31,840 nt of DNA from Candidatus Thalassarchaeaceae archaeon (lineage in GTDB: Archaea; Thermoplasmatota; Poseidoniia; Poseidoniales; Thalassarchaeaceae), in NCBI GenBank assembly GCA_963581345.1, contig CAUZNH010000001.1:1-31840 (forward strand), in the 5' to 3' direction. Below are positions 1-7,971 of the stretch, in pieces. The notes beneath the pieces are model-generated. The model was not told the origin of the DNA and made no database searches. It was given only the letters and a program-made list of their open reading frames with translations. Each line of letters opens with the position of its first letter. Position 1 is the stretch's first letter. Both the position numbers and the translations under genes were made by a program.

Positions 1-1134
1 GATGTCTTTATCGCGTGCAACCGTTACTCCTGCTGCAGCCGAACGTATACCTGTAAGTGCTGCGATATTTCCTGCTACAATCTTTGGAATAGAGATACGA
101 TCACTTCCAACCATCATACTGACTTGTTGAACTCTCTCTGCTTTACTTCCACCAATAGCCCACAAACTCTCACCATGATTAATCGTCCCTGAGTATAGGC
201 GTCCTACAGCAACTTCGCCAGCATGGGGGTCCATCCAAATCTTGGTAATCATAAGTGCAAGTGGTCCTTCTGGGTCACAATTAATCATTGCTTGACCCAA
301 TTCAGATTCCGGATCACCATTCCAAATATTTGGTATTCTGTATGGTTGTGCGATTACTGGACTAGGAAGTTGAGAAACTGCCATATCTAACAGAACCTCA
401 TGTACAGGTGCCCTTTTGGCTAATTCCTTTTGTTCTTCATTATTACAATAATCAAAGATATCTTTGAATGAAATACCTGATTTCTGCATATATGGGACTG
501 TAATCCCCCAATTATGGTAAGCAGAACCGAATGCAACGGTGCCATCTGCAACGCTAACTTGCCAAGATTTTTTATATTCATCAGGTGCAAATTGACGAAT
601 CAATTTGTTAACCTTGGTAATCTGTTCCATGAATCGTTCTTGCATGTCTTCAGGTGTAACTTGCAATTCGTTAATGAGTCGGTCTACTTTGTTGATGAAC
701 AGTACTGGTTTGACCTTTTCTTTAAGCGCTTGACGCACAACAGTTTCAGTTTGCGGCATTGCACCCTCAACCGCGCAAGTTAGGATAAAACATCCATCAA
801 CTGCACGCATTGCTCTTGTAACGTCACCACCGAAGTCAACGTGACCAGGTGTATCAATCAGGTTGATGAGATAATCTGTGCCTTCAATTGCGTGAACCAT
901 GGAAGCGGAAGCAGCATTAATGGTAATTCCTCTAGCAGCTTCCTGTTCATCGAAATCGAGAACCCTACTTTTTCCTGCTAATTCCTCACTCATCATCCCC
1001 GCACCAGCAATCAAATTATCAGATAGAGTGGTTTTACCGTGGTCAATATGTGCAGCAATGCAGAGGTTTCGAATTCGATCTCTGTCGTGCATCACTTCGG
1101 TTGCTTTTGCGATGTTGTCTTCCTTTCGTCCCAT
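1..1134 (-). CDS. fusA: Translation elongation factor 2 (aEF-2), N-terminal 378 codons; truncated by window edge
   Basis: Not in the ORF track because it runs off the edge. Manual translation from ATG 1134 gives [46 protein letters not shown]...RGITINAA...[25 protein letters not shown] (G1-G3 motifs of EF-2). SD AGGTGA lies upstream. Confidence 0.98.
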   Translation of the reverse strand, partial: MGRKEDNIAKATEVMHDRDRIRNLCIAAHIDHGKTTLSDNLIAGAGMMSEELAGKSRVLDFDEQEAARGITINAASASMVHAIEGTDYLINLIDTPGHVDFGGDVTRAMRAVDGCFILTCAVEGAMPQTETVVRQALKEKVKPVLFINKVDRLINELQVTPEDMQERFMEQITKVNKLIRQFAPDEYKKSWQVSVADGTVAFGSAYHNWGITVPYMQKSGISFKDIFDYCNNEEQKELAKRAPVHEVLLDMAVSQLPSPVIAQPYRIPNIWNGDPESELGQAMINCDPEGPLALMITKIWMDPHAGEVAVGRLYSGTINHGESLWAIGGSKAERVQQVSMMVGSDRISIPKIVAGNIAALTGIRSAAAGVTVARDKDI

Positions 1135-1205
1135 CAGTCTTCACCTTCGGTGAAGCCGCCGACCTAACATCGGTTCATAAAGGCCACCACCCAAGTTACT
1201 GGGTG
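1135..1205 (-). promoter_or_regulatory. Structured 5' leader of EF-2: SD-occluding hairpin plus shared rps12/fusA motif
   Basis: Perfect 7-bp inverted repeat CTTCACC-GAA-GGTGAAG (1155-1139) covers the SD. Also helix CCGAU/GUCGG (1173-1159) and hairpin CACCCA-6nt-TGGGTG (1188-1205). Confidence 0.55.
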
Positions 1206-1243
1206 AATGTGACTACCATTCCATCAGTTATCGTTCCAATGAC

Positions 1244-2401
1244 TCATGAAGTTAGTAGAGAAGAGGGTTGCATCATTTCATCTAGAAGGGTCTGAAATTC
1301 TGTATTAATTCTGATAATTTTATCTTTTGTTTGTGCTATTTGGTCAATAATGATGCGCCTAGCATTTGAACTTGATTTGCGTAATTGCTCACGCCTTTCA
1401 TCTAGATATCTCAATGTGTCTCGCATTGCGGTAATACATTCTCTACTGCGTAATTCAAACAAATTCATATCATTCTTATTGTGATTCGGTTGTGATTCGA
1501 TTACAATTTTCGAGAAGGACGTCCTCATTTTTGCTGTTTCAATTGACGATTTCGGTGTTCTTTTCAGGTTTGAATTAAAATTAATTAGAGACCAAGCCTT
1601 AATCCACCACTTTGATGGATCCCAATGCCACCATTTAATTCCATTACGATAATCCGCTTGAAACGCATGATGAAAATTATGGTACCCTTCTCCAAATGTG
1701 AAAAAAGCAAGCCAAAGAGAATCCTTACTACTATTGCTAGTAGTATAGGATTGTTTTCCCCAAACATGGGCTGCAGAATTTATCAAGAATGTACCGTGGT
1801 GCACAAAAACTGTTCGAACTAAGCCACCCCAAACAAATCCACCAATAGCAGTTGGTATTCCGCCAATAGCATAACCTACTGCTGCTGGGGCAACCATACC
1901 AACTAAGAAACCGATAACAAAAATGAATCGGTGTTGTAATCTTATAACCCAATCTTTCTGTAAATCCCTAACATTAGAATAGTCTACCTCCCCATCTTGT
2001 TCATCTACTAATATCCAAAAGAAATGACTCCACCAAAAACCTCTCTTAGCATTATATGGGTCACCCTCTTGGTCTGTTTCTTTATGGTGCTGACGATGAT
2101 CACTGCACCATTCCAAAATTGAATTTTGAAACGCACCTGCACCAAATAATGCATACAGTATCCTTAGGGGCAATAATGCTTGATGGCTACGGTGAGAGAA
2201 TAGTCTGTGGTATCCGACAGTAATAGATAGTCCACAAGCAAAATACCATACGAAAAATATGCTCAGTTCAACCCACGTAATACCATATGTGATACCATGC
2301 CATATTGAACCTACCAAAGCCAAAACTGGAGTGAGTATAAGAAAAATCACATTTATCCAATTCAACTTTAATGTGTTTTTATTGCCGATTGATTCGGACA
2401 T
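1244..2401 (-). CDS. Membrane fatty-acid desaturase, delta-9 acyl-CoA/acyl-lipid (OLE1/DesA-like) family, with C-terminal coiled-coil extension
   Basis: Three His boxes (GYHRLFSH, DHRQHH, EGYHNFHH), DPYNAKRGFWWSH and DYRNGIKWWHWDPSKW motifs, hydrophobic TM segments. Confidence 0.93.
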   Translation of the reverse strand: MSESIGNKNTLKLNWINVIFLILTPVLALVGSIWHGITYGITWVELSIFFVWYFACGLSITVGYHRLFSHRSHQALLPLRILYALFGAGAFQNSILEWCSDHRQHHKETDQEGDPYNAKRGFWWSHFFWILVDEQDGEVDYSNVRDLQKDWVIRLQHRFIFVIGFLVGMVAPAAVGYAIGGIPTAIGGFVWGGLVRTVFVHHGTFLINSAAHVWGKQSYTTSNSSKDSLWLAFFTFGEGYHNFHHAFQADYRNGIKWWHWDPSKWWIKAWSLINFNSNLKRTPKSSIETAKMRTSFSKIVIESQPNHNKNDMNLFELRSRECITAMRDTLRYLDERREQLRKSSSNARRIIIDQIAQTKDKIIRINTEFQTLLDEMMQPSSLLTS

Positions 2402-2426
2402 AATATCACAGCACCATTCTTGTTAA

Positions 2427-2434
2427 TTTATTTA
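2427..2434 (-). promoter_or_regulatory. Putative TATA box for a leaderless desaturase transcript
   Basis: TAAATAAA ends about 26 nt upstream of ATG 2401, and no SD precedes the ATG. Confidence 0.4.
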
Positions 2435-2505
2435 GTATTCTATTAGCACTATTAACTTCAAGGACCTAAAATCCTAAAACGGAGCAGTTTCATGAATTGA
2501 AATTA

Positions 2506-3144
2506 TCAGCGTGCAGATGCAGCGATTCTTTCAACTTCTTCTCTCTTACCTATTGCGTAGGATGTAACATCCCCATTCGCAGCTTTTGAGATTTCAGTAA
2601 CGATTCCCTGAGTAAGTGTTCGAGTACTCTTACGTGTTGCTTGAGTAGAACCTGTAGCCAAGTGTCGAATAGCGACATCAATTCGACGCATTGGCGCACT
2701 GTCAACTGCTTTTGGCTGACTAACTGCTCCAAATTTAATTCGTGTAATCTCTTCCATTGGTGCTGAATTTGCTAATGCGTCAACAAACACTTGTAGTGGA
2801 TTGGTATCATCTCTCTCTGCAATCCGGTCCAAAGCTGCCTCAAATGCTTTTGTAGCAGTGATCTTCTTGCCAGTATATTTCCCAGTTCTCATCAATCCGT
2901 TGATAAATCTCTCAACAATTGATAACTTGCTCTTTCCAAACCAAGCGTTAGCGTGGCGTCCTCCAGTGTGGGGGATACCTACCGTTTTGAGATTGATGTA
3001 AGGTGCAATACCTGGGTCTTCACAAGAAACAGTAGTAGCATCCCATTTGTTGAATACAAGAGTACCAATTCCTGCGATTGGGGTTTCATTGACTACCTTC
3101 TCTTCGGCAGGTGCTTCTTCTTCTACTTCTGCTTCATCACTCAT
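2506..3144 (-). CDS. rps7: 30S ribosomal protein uS7
   Basis: LVFNKW, HTGGRH, KSKLSIVERFINGLM, NPLQVFVDALANSAPMEE, AVDSAPMRRIDVAIR, KREEVERIAASAR. SD GAGGTGA. Directly follows rps12. Confidence 0.98.
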   Translation of the reverse strand: MSDEAEVEEEAPAEEKVVNETPIAGIGTLVFNKWDATTVSCEDPGIAPYINLKTVGIPHTGGRHANAWFGKSKLSIVERFINGLMRTGKYTGKKITATKAFEAALDRIAERDDTNPLQVFVDALANSAPMEEITRIKFGAVSQPKAVDSAPMRRIDVAIRHLATGSTQATRKSTRTLTQGIVTEISKAANGDVTSYAIGKREEVERIAASAR

Positions 3145-3153
3145 TATTTCACC

Positions 3154-3582
3154 TCAGCGTATTGGCTTCTCTTTACGGCCTCTAACCATCTCATTAAGTG
3201 AGACTCCATTGACCTTGATTACCTTGAATCTAACTCCGGGGATATCTCCGTATGAACGACCCATGCGTCCACCGATTCCCTCAACCATGACTTCATCGTG
3301 CTCATCAATGAAATTGATTGCTCCGTCACCAGGTGCGAAGGCTGTCAACTTGTTTCCAGTCCGGATTAAACTGATTTTTACTGCCTTACGGATACCTGAG
3401 TTGGGCTGCTTGGCTTCAATTCCAACCTTCTCAATCACAATGCCCTTGGCTTGTGCTGAACCACCTAAGGGATCAGACTTTTGTTTGAGCTTAAGAATCC
3501 GCTTTTTGTACCCACGATCCTTCCAGCGAAAACGCTGCCTATCTCGCTTCATTTTCGCACCAGCAAAAAGTCCTCTTCCCAT
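3154..3582 (-). CDS. rps12: 30S ribosomal protein uS12 (archaeal/eukaryotic S23 type)
   Basis: [57 protein letters not shown]. Confidence 0.99.
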   Translation of the reverse strand: MGRGLFAGAKMKRDRQRFRWKDRGYKKRILKLKQKSDPLGGSAQAKGIVIEKVGIEAKQPNSGIRKAVKISLIRTGNKLTAFAPGDGAINFIDEHDEVMVEGIGGRMGRSYGDIPGVRFKVIKVNGVSLNEMVRGRKEKPIR

Positions 3583-3685
3583 GGTTACACCTTGAAGCAG
3601 GCCGCCGTCCTACCCCGCATATATGAGTCCATCGGCATCGAACCCATAAGCATAGGCGCAGGGCAACGATTCTTACCTGCTTCAA
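3583..3685 (-). ncRNA. Candidate structured cis-regulatory leader (r-leader) of rps12-rps7
   Basis: Perfect 10-bp closing helix UUGAAGCAGG(3685-3676)/CCUGCUUCAA(3601-3592), UCGUU/GACGG, GCCCUGC/GCGGGGU, and hairpin GCCUAU-GCUU-AUGGGU. Six G-U pairs work only on the mRNA strand. Confidence 0.55.
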
Positions 3686-3731
3686 ATATACACCCCCAAC
3701 CTTCAAGCGATGTATCTAAGTCGCCATCACA

Positions 3732-4997
3732 ATGGCATTCAGAGACCATCTCGATGGAGCAGTCAAGATTGACTCAATAAACCCAATTAATGAGATGAGA
3801 TTACTAATTGAGTCCAACCCAAACGACGCTATATTATTCACCAGTGTCGAAGGCGCAGTAGGCCATTCAGCAGCGGCAAATGTATGCCTTAGAGATAATA
3901 TGGTAAATCAATTTGACATTCAACCTGCCGAGTTACTTAAAACTCTAGAATGGGCAATGAATAACCGTTCAGAACCTGAAAAGTATCAAGGAAATGCACC
4001 TGTATTAGAGAATTCCATTGAACCTGTAGACCTAAGGAAATTGCCAATTCCACATCACTACCCTCAAGACCGAGGCCGTTACATGTCAGCTAGTATTATC
4101 ATAGCCGAACACGCAGGAATACGCAATGTATCCTTTCACCGACAATTTGTAAGAGATGAAAATCACTTAGTTGCTCGTTTAGTTCCTCGCCACCTCAGAA
4201 CCATGGTTGATGAAGCAAGAGCACAGGGTGATATAGTAAATATTGCAATTGTTAACGGAGCTGATCCTTGCCTTCTATTAGCTGCTGCAATGTCCTTCAA
4301 CGAACCAATTGATGAACTCACAGTAGCGTCCTCTTTGTATCAAAAATTCTACGGCAAGGCAATGCAAGTTATCACTTTAGAAAATGGTATAACAGTACCA
4401 GCAGATGCAGAGTATGCAATGTGTGCAACTATTACCAGCGAAGATGATGATGAAGGGCCATACATTGACATTACTGGCACCATTGATGATGTTCGCAAAC
4501 AACCTGTCATTGAAGTTCACTCTATCCACCATCGGAACAATCCTATATTTCATGCAATTTTACCCGCATTATCCGAACACCATGCACTAATGGGTCTCCC
4601 CCGCGCACCGACTATTTTCTCTAGTGTTTCAAAAGTGTGTGATTGCCGAGACGTTGTAATGACATCTGGTGGATCTGGTTGGCTTGCTGCAGTGGTTCAG
4701 ATTGTACCACAATCTCCAGATGATGCTAAAAAAGCAATAATGGCTGCTTTTAGTGGCCATCCATCTATGAAATCCGTAACAATTGTTGATACGGATATTA
4801 ATCCAACAGACCCAGTTAGGGTTGAGTGGGCATTAATGACACGGTGGCAACCAGATAAGGACACGGTAATCCTGAGTAACCAGCGAGGCAGTAGCCTTGA
4901 CCCTACTAGAACTGAAGATGGATTGACCTCAAAAATTGGTTATGATGCCACTATCCCATTTGGTAGTGATAAGAAACCATATACTTCTGTACTATAG
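3732..4997 (+). CDS. UbiD-family prFMN-dependent decarboxylase, probably anhydromevalonate-phosphate decarboxylase type
   Basis: LRKLPIPHHYPQDRGRYMSASI, RNVSFHR, VPRHL, VPADAEY, EGPYIDITGT, DDVRKQPV, VDTDINP...VEWALMTR, SSLDP, SKIGYDATIP. Confidence 0.9.
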   Translation: MAFRDHLDGAVKIDSINPINEMRLLIESNPNDAILFTSVEGAVGHSAAANVCLRDNMVNQFDIQPAELLKTLEWAMNNRSEPEKYQGNAPVLENSIEPVDLRKLPIPHHYPQDRGRYMSASIIIAEHAGIRNVSFHRQFVRDENHLVARLVPRHLRTMVDEARAQGDIVNIAIVNGADPCLLLAAAMSFNEPIDELTVASSLYQKFYGKAMQVITLENGITVPADAEYAMCATITSEDDDEGPYIDITGTIDDVRKQPVIEVHSIHHRNNPIFHAILPALSEHHALMGLPRAPTIFSSVSKVCDCRDVVMTSGGSGWLAAVVQIVPQSPDDAKKAIMAAFSGHPSMKSVTIVDTDINPTDPVRVEWALMTRWQPDKDTVILSNQRGSSLDPTRTEDGLTSKIGYDATIPFGSDKKPYTSVL

Positions 4998-5047
4998 GTT
5001 ACTCAATAATTGGGAAACTTCAATGGTGACAACCATCAGAGCAGGCC

Positions 5048-6040
5048 ATGGCGAATAGTAGTGGCTCCTCATTACAACATCCTCGTCGCAGTCTAGGCAA
5101 CAGACACCGTTCACAGGCCCAGAAGTTCCTTGCTTTAGCACAATCAACTCCCAATTTATCCATTCAGAACTTGAAATGGGCAGAACAGAGTGCTCGACAA
5201 GCAGTGTTACATGATTTTACTCACGAAGAGAATTGGCGTCTACTAGCAGAGATCAAAACATTAGCTGAAGATGAAATGGGTTTAAGGGCCGTTTTAGAGG
5301 ACCTGTTTGCGGTATTAGGAAGAGACCCTGAACATTTACAACAACTTGCAGGAGTAAACATGCTTGAACACGGTTTCTCATTGCTATCAGCATCACTTGC
5401 AGCAGACCCTCTTGACCCAGAGTATTGGGCAGAATTAATTTCTTCAGATTTTCTAGATGAATTAGAAAACAGATTTTCCCACCTAGATTTAAGCGATCCA
5501 AGAGCAAATGTATTGTTTGGAAGAAGATTAGAAAGGGTCAGAACTATTGATGAAGAATTGTTTATTCGACTAGTTAGAAAATTACTCGCTCATAGGCCTT
5601 TCAACCATGAAGCATGGATTGAACTTGGCCATTTACATGAGAAAAGACATGAATATGACGAAGCATGGTTGTGTTATGACCAAGCCCAAACTCATTTCCC
5701 TCAAATTACTTCAAGAGATAAGTTCAGAACACGAATGGAGAAACGACTAGATAGCCATGATTCTAAATGGGCTAAGCCAGACAATAGTAGCCGCGTTAGA
5801 TTCCTAAAGAGAATGGAAGTCCTAGCTCTCAAAGTAGCAACCCCCACTGTTAGTGATGAAAAGATGGGATCTGAAGAAGAAGTCAATCGTGGGGATGAAG
5901 AAGAAAATATTAGAAGTTTATTAGAAAATCAAGAATATTCATCCGCCTTCTTCCTAGCAAGAAGGTTAGTTACCAGCGGTGAAGAATGGGCAACCACTTA
6001 TCTTGAACAGGCCCAAGAACATCTTACTGATTCAACATAG
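5048..6040 (+). CDS. Hypothetical TPR-like alpha-helical repeat protein
   Basis: 330-aa ORF with TPR-like segments (NHEAWIELGHLHEKRHEYDEAWLCYDQAQTHFP; ENWRLLAEIK). Confidence 0.75.
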   Translation: MANSSGSSLQHPRRSLGNRHRSQAQKFLALAQSTPNLSIQNLKWAEQSARQAVLHDFTHEENWRLLAEIKTLAEDEMGLRAVLEDLFAVLGRDPEHLQQLAGVNMLEHGFSLLSASLAADPLDPEYWAELISSDFLDELENRFSHLDLSDPRANVLFGRRLERVRTIDEELFIRLVRKLLAHRPFNHEAWIELGHLHEKRHEYDEAWLCYDQAQTHFPQITSRDKFRTRMEKRLDSHDSKWAKPDNSSRVRFLKRMEVLALKVATPTVSDEKMGSEEEVNRGDEEENIRSLLENQEYSSAFFLARRLVTSGEEWATTYLEQAQEHLTDST

Positions 6041-6956
6041 AAAGGACCGTGGCATCGGTCACCTCACCTGATTCTAGTATTTTGTCACTAAAATTTACCA
6101 ATCCAATGGCTCTTTCTGCTTCTAACAATACAGCAATATCTGGTCTAGATTCGCCCTCAAACCCAAGGTCCCAGTTATCACTACACCATTCAACAACTTC
6201 CTTTAGGTCACCAGGATGTGCACGGCATGGGGGATTTTCACCTAATTCCCTAGGTGTGGCATTGCTAACTACTTCTGACATTCTAGGTGCTGAATCATCA
6301 ATATTTGTAAGGCTTAAATCCATCCAAATTAATGCTGATTGATGTGCAGAATCAAGCATTTCATTCTTTGAGCATGATTTGAATGCAACCCACGCATGGC
6401 GTTGGCTTGAAACAAAATCTCCAAGTTCAAAAAGAATGCATGAAATTTGTAATCTACTGGTTGCAATTATTGGTTCTTTATGTGGCCCTTCTCTGTTAAT
6501 ATCTGAAAGAATTGCTAATGCCATAATACCTTCATTACGTGATGTGTGCCATTCGGCAAGATTTAGGGTTGCAATTCCATGGGCAATGCTACCTTCCTCA
6601 AGTGCCTTTAATCTCTCCATAGCCCATCGTAGGTCAATTCCAGCCTGTTCTTCTTCACCAGCAGTAAACCGCAATAATCCCCATTCCATCCTTGCTCGAG
6701 CTTCAAGAGTATGATTACGTTCAGTAGAACTACGACTTGCTTCAACACAATCTTTCAGATAATTTTGAGCATTATCGAAATCATTGTTCATTTGAGCAAA
6801 ACGGAATTTGACGAAAAAACATTCAGCATCAGAAAGCAACGTTTGAATTTTTAACGAAAATTTTTCATCCCCAGCAATCATTGCAGCCTCTGCTAGCCCC
6901 AATTTGTCACTGAATTCTTGAATTGCTCCTTCTGATAACGGATCAACACAGTGCAT
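6024..6956 (-). CDS. Hypothetical TPR-like helical protein; start moved to ATG 6956 (uncertain)
   Basis: Long ORF with helical repeats (ARARMEWGLLRFTAGEEEQAGIDLRWAMERL; IATLNLAEWHTSRNEGIMALAIL). The track start at 7094 overlaps the DHH gene by 110 nt, so the first ATG after the DHH stop was chosen. Confidence 0.65.
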   Translation of the reverse strand: MHCVDPLSEGAIQEFSDKLGLAEAAMIAGDEKFSLKIQTLLSDAECFFVKFRFAQMNNDFDNAQNYLKDCVEASRSSTERNHTLEARARMEWGLLRFTAGEEEQAGIDLRWAMERLKALEEGSIAHGIATLNLAEWHTSRNEGIMALAILSDINREGPHKEPIIATSRLQISCILFELGDFVSSQRHAWVAFKSCSKNEMLDSAHQSALIWMDLSLTNIDDSAPRMSEVVSNATPRELGENPPCRAHPGDLKEVVEWCSDNWDLGFEGESRPDIAVLLEAERAIGLVNFSDKILESGEVTDATVLSMLNQ

Positions 6957-6984
6957 CTCATACAATTCGAATGCTGTAGTTATT

Positions 6985-7971
6985 TCAATCCCTCCTAATA
7001 CCTGAGAGAGAGGAAATGAAGCCAGAACGAGCGGTGATAGTTGGTACATCTCCAGACCATCCAGCAGCCCCTGAATGGCCGCCACCTTCACCACCTAATG
7101 TTGCGCATAATTCTGACATAATATTTCCAAGATGAATTCCTTCGTTAACAGCAGTCCTACTAGCTCTACCGATTAATCTGGTCTCATTCTCTGCTCTCCT
7201 CACAACCAAAGCCACATCGGCTCCTGCTGCTAATAGTGAATGAGCTACAATCCCCTCATTGGTACTGCCTTGTGTGTGGAGGAGAAACCATTCCCCAGCA
7301 TCTATTGATTCTAACCTGGAAAGGGCTTTTGCAATAGCCATTTTTTGAGAGTGATTTAACTCCTCTTTTTCTATTGATTCGATAAATGTTGCATAATCTA
7401 GTGAATATTTGTTAATCAATTCTCCAGCCGCAATGAATGAGCCACCATTTGCATGTTTGAACCGCCCAGTATCGGTAATTATTCCAGCCAACAATAATGT
7501 TGCAGATTTTTCGTCCATCGTCAAATCAAATTGTTGGGCATACCTATGGATAATTTCCGTTGTAGAACTAACTCCCCAACAGATAACCAACTCAGCCTCG
7601 TTCCAATCAGTACCACCTTGATGATGGTCAATTGCGCAAACAGGTATTCCTTCAGGCAATTGTAAACCTGTTTGGGAGTATGAAGCACAATCTACAACAA
7701 TTATTCCAGCTAATGTTCGTGGCCACATAGGTTTTTTTGAATCCATTAAATGAAACGAACCACCAACTCTCCCTAGCACTCTTTTTGCAACCTTCGAAAC
7801 ATGAAGCCCGCAGGCTTTGGCTCCTGGCCCAATTAACGACGCAAGGCAAACAGCAGAACCAATGGTATCCATATCCCCATTTTTATGGGAAACTACTGCA
7901 ATCGCCCCATCTTTTGACTTCTGTCTAACCCATTGATGTAACTGGGTGAGATCAATTTCCGAATTTTTCAC
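6985..7971 (-). CDS. DHH/DHHA1 family phosphoesterase (NrnA-like)
   Basis: SHKNGDMDTIGS, VVD, IDHH, GIITDTGRF, GGEGGGHSGAAG. GTG start overlaps the pfdB stop. Typical member of the exosome superoperon. Confidence 0.92.
   Translation of the reverse strand: MKNSEIDLTQLHQWVRQKSKDGAIAVVSHKNGDMDTIGSAVCLASLIGPGAKACGLHVSKVAKRVLGRVGGSFHLMDSKKPMWPRTLAGIIVVDCASYSQTGLQLPEGIPVCAIDHHQGGTDWNEAELVICWGVSSTTEIIHRYAQQFDLTMDEKSATLLLAGIITDTGRFKHANGGSFIAAGELINKYSLDYATFIESIEKEELNHSQKMAIAKALSRLESIDAGEWFLLHTQGSTNEGIVAHSLLAAGADVALVVRRAENETRLIGRASRTAVNEGIHLGNIMSELCATLGGEGGGHSGAAGWSGDVPTITARSGFISSLSGIRRD

Noticed and set aside
1168-1182. Kink-turn interpretation of the shared leader internal loop
   Set aside because: The 3' strand of the loop (CGG) lacks the tandem G-A/A-G pairs required.
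514-1295. Plus-strand ORFs 514-783, 899-1153 and 1050-1295
   Set aside because: Antisense shadows of EF-2 and its leader, with no recognisable motifs.
3047-3780. 182-aa and 99-aa plus-strand ORFs
   Set aside because: Antisense to the highly conserved rps12/rps7 genes and the leader; biased composition, no domain features.
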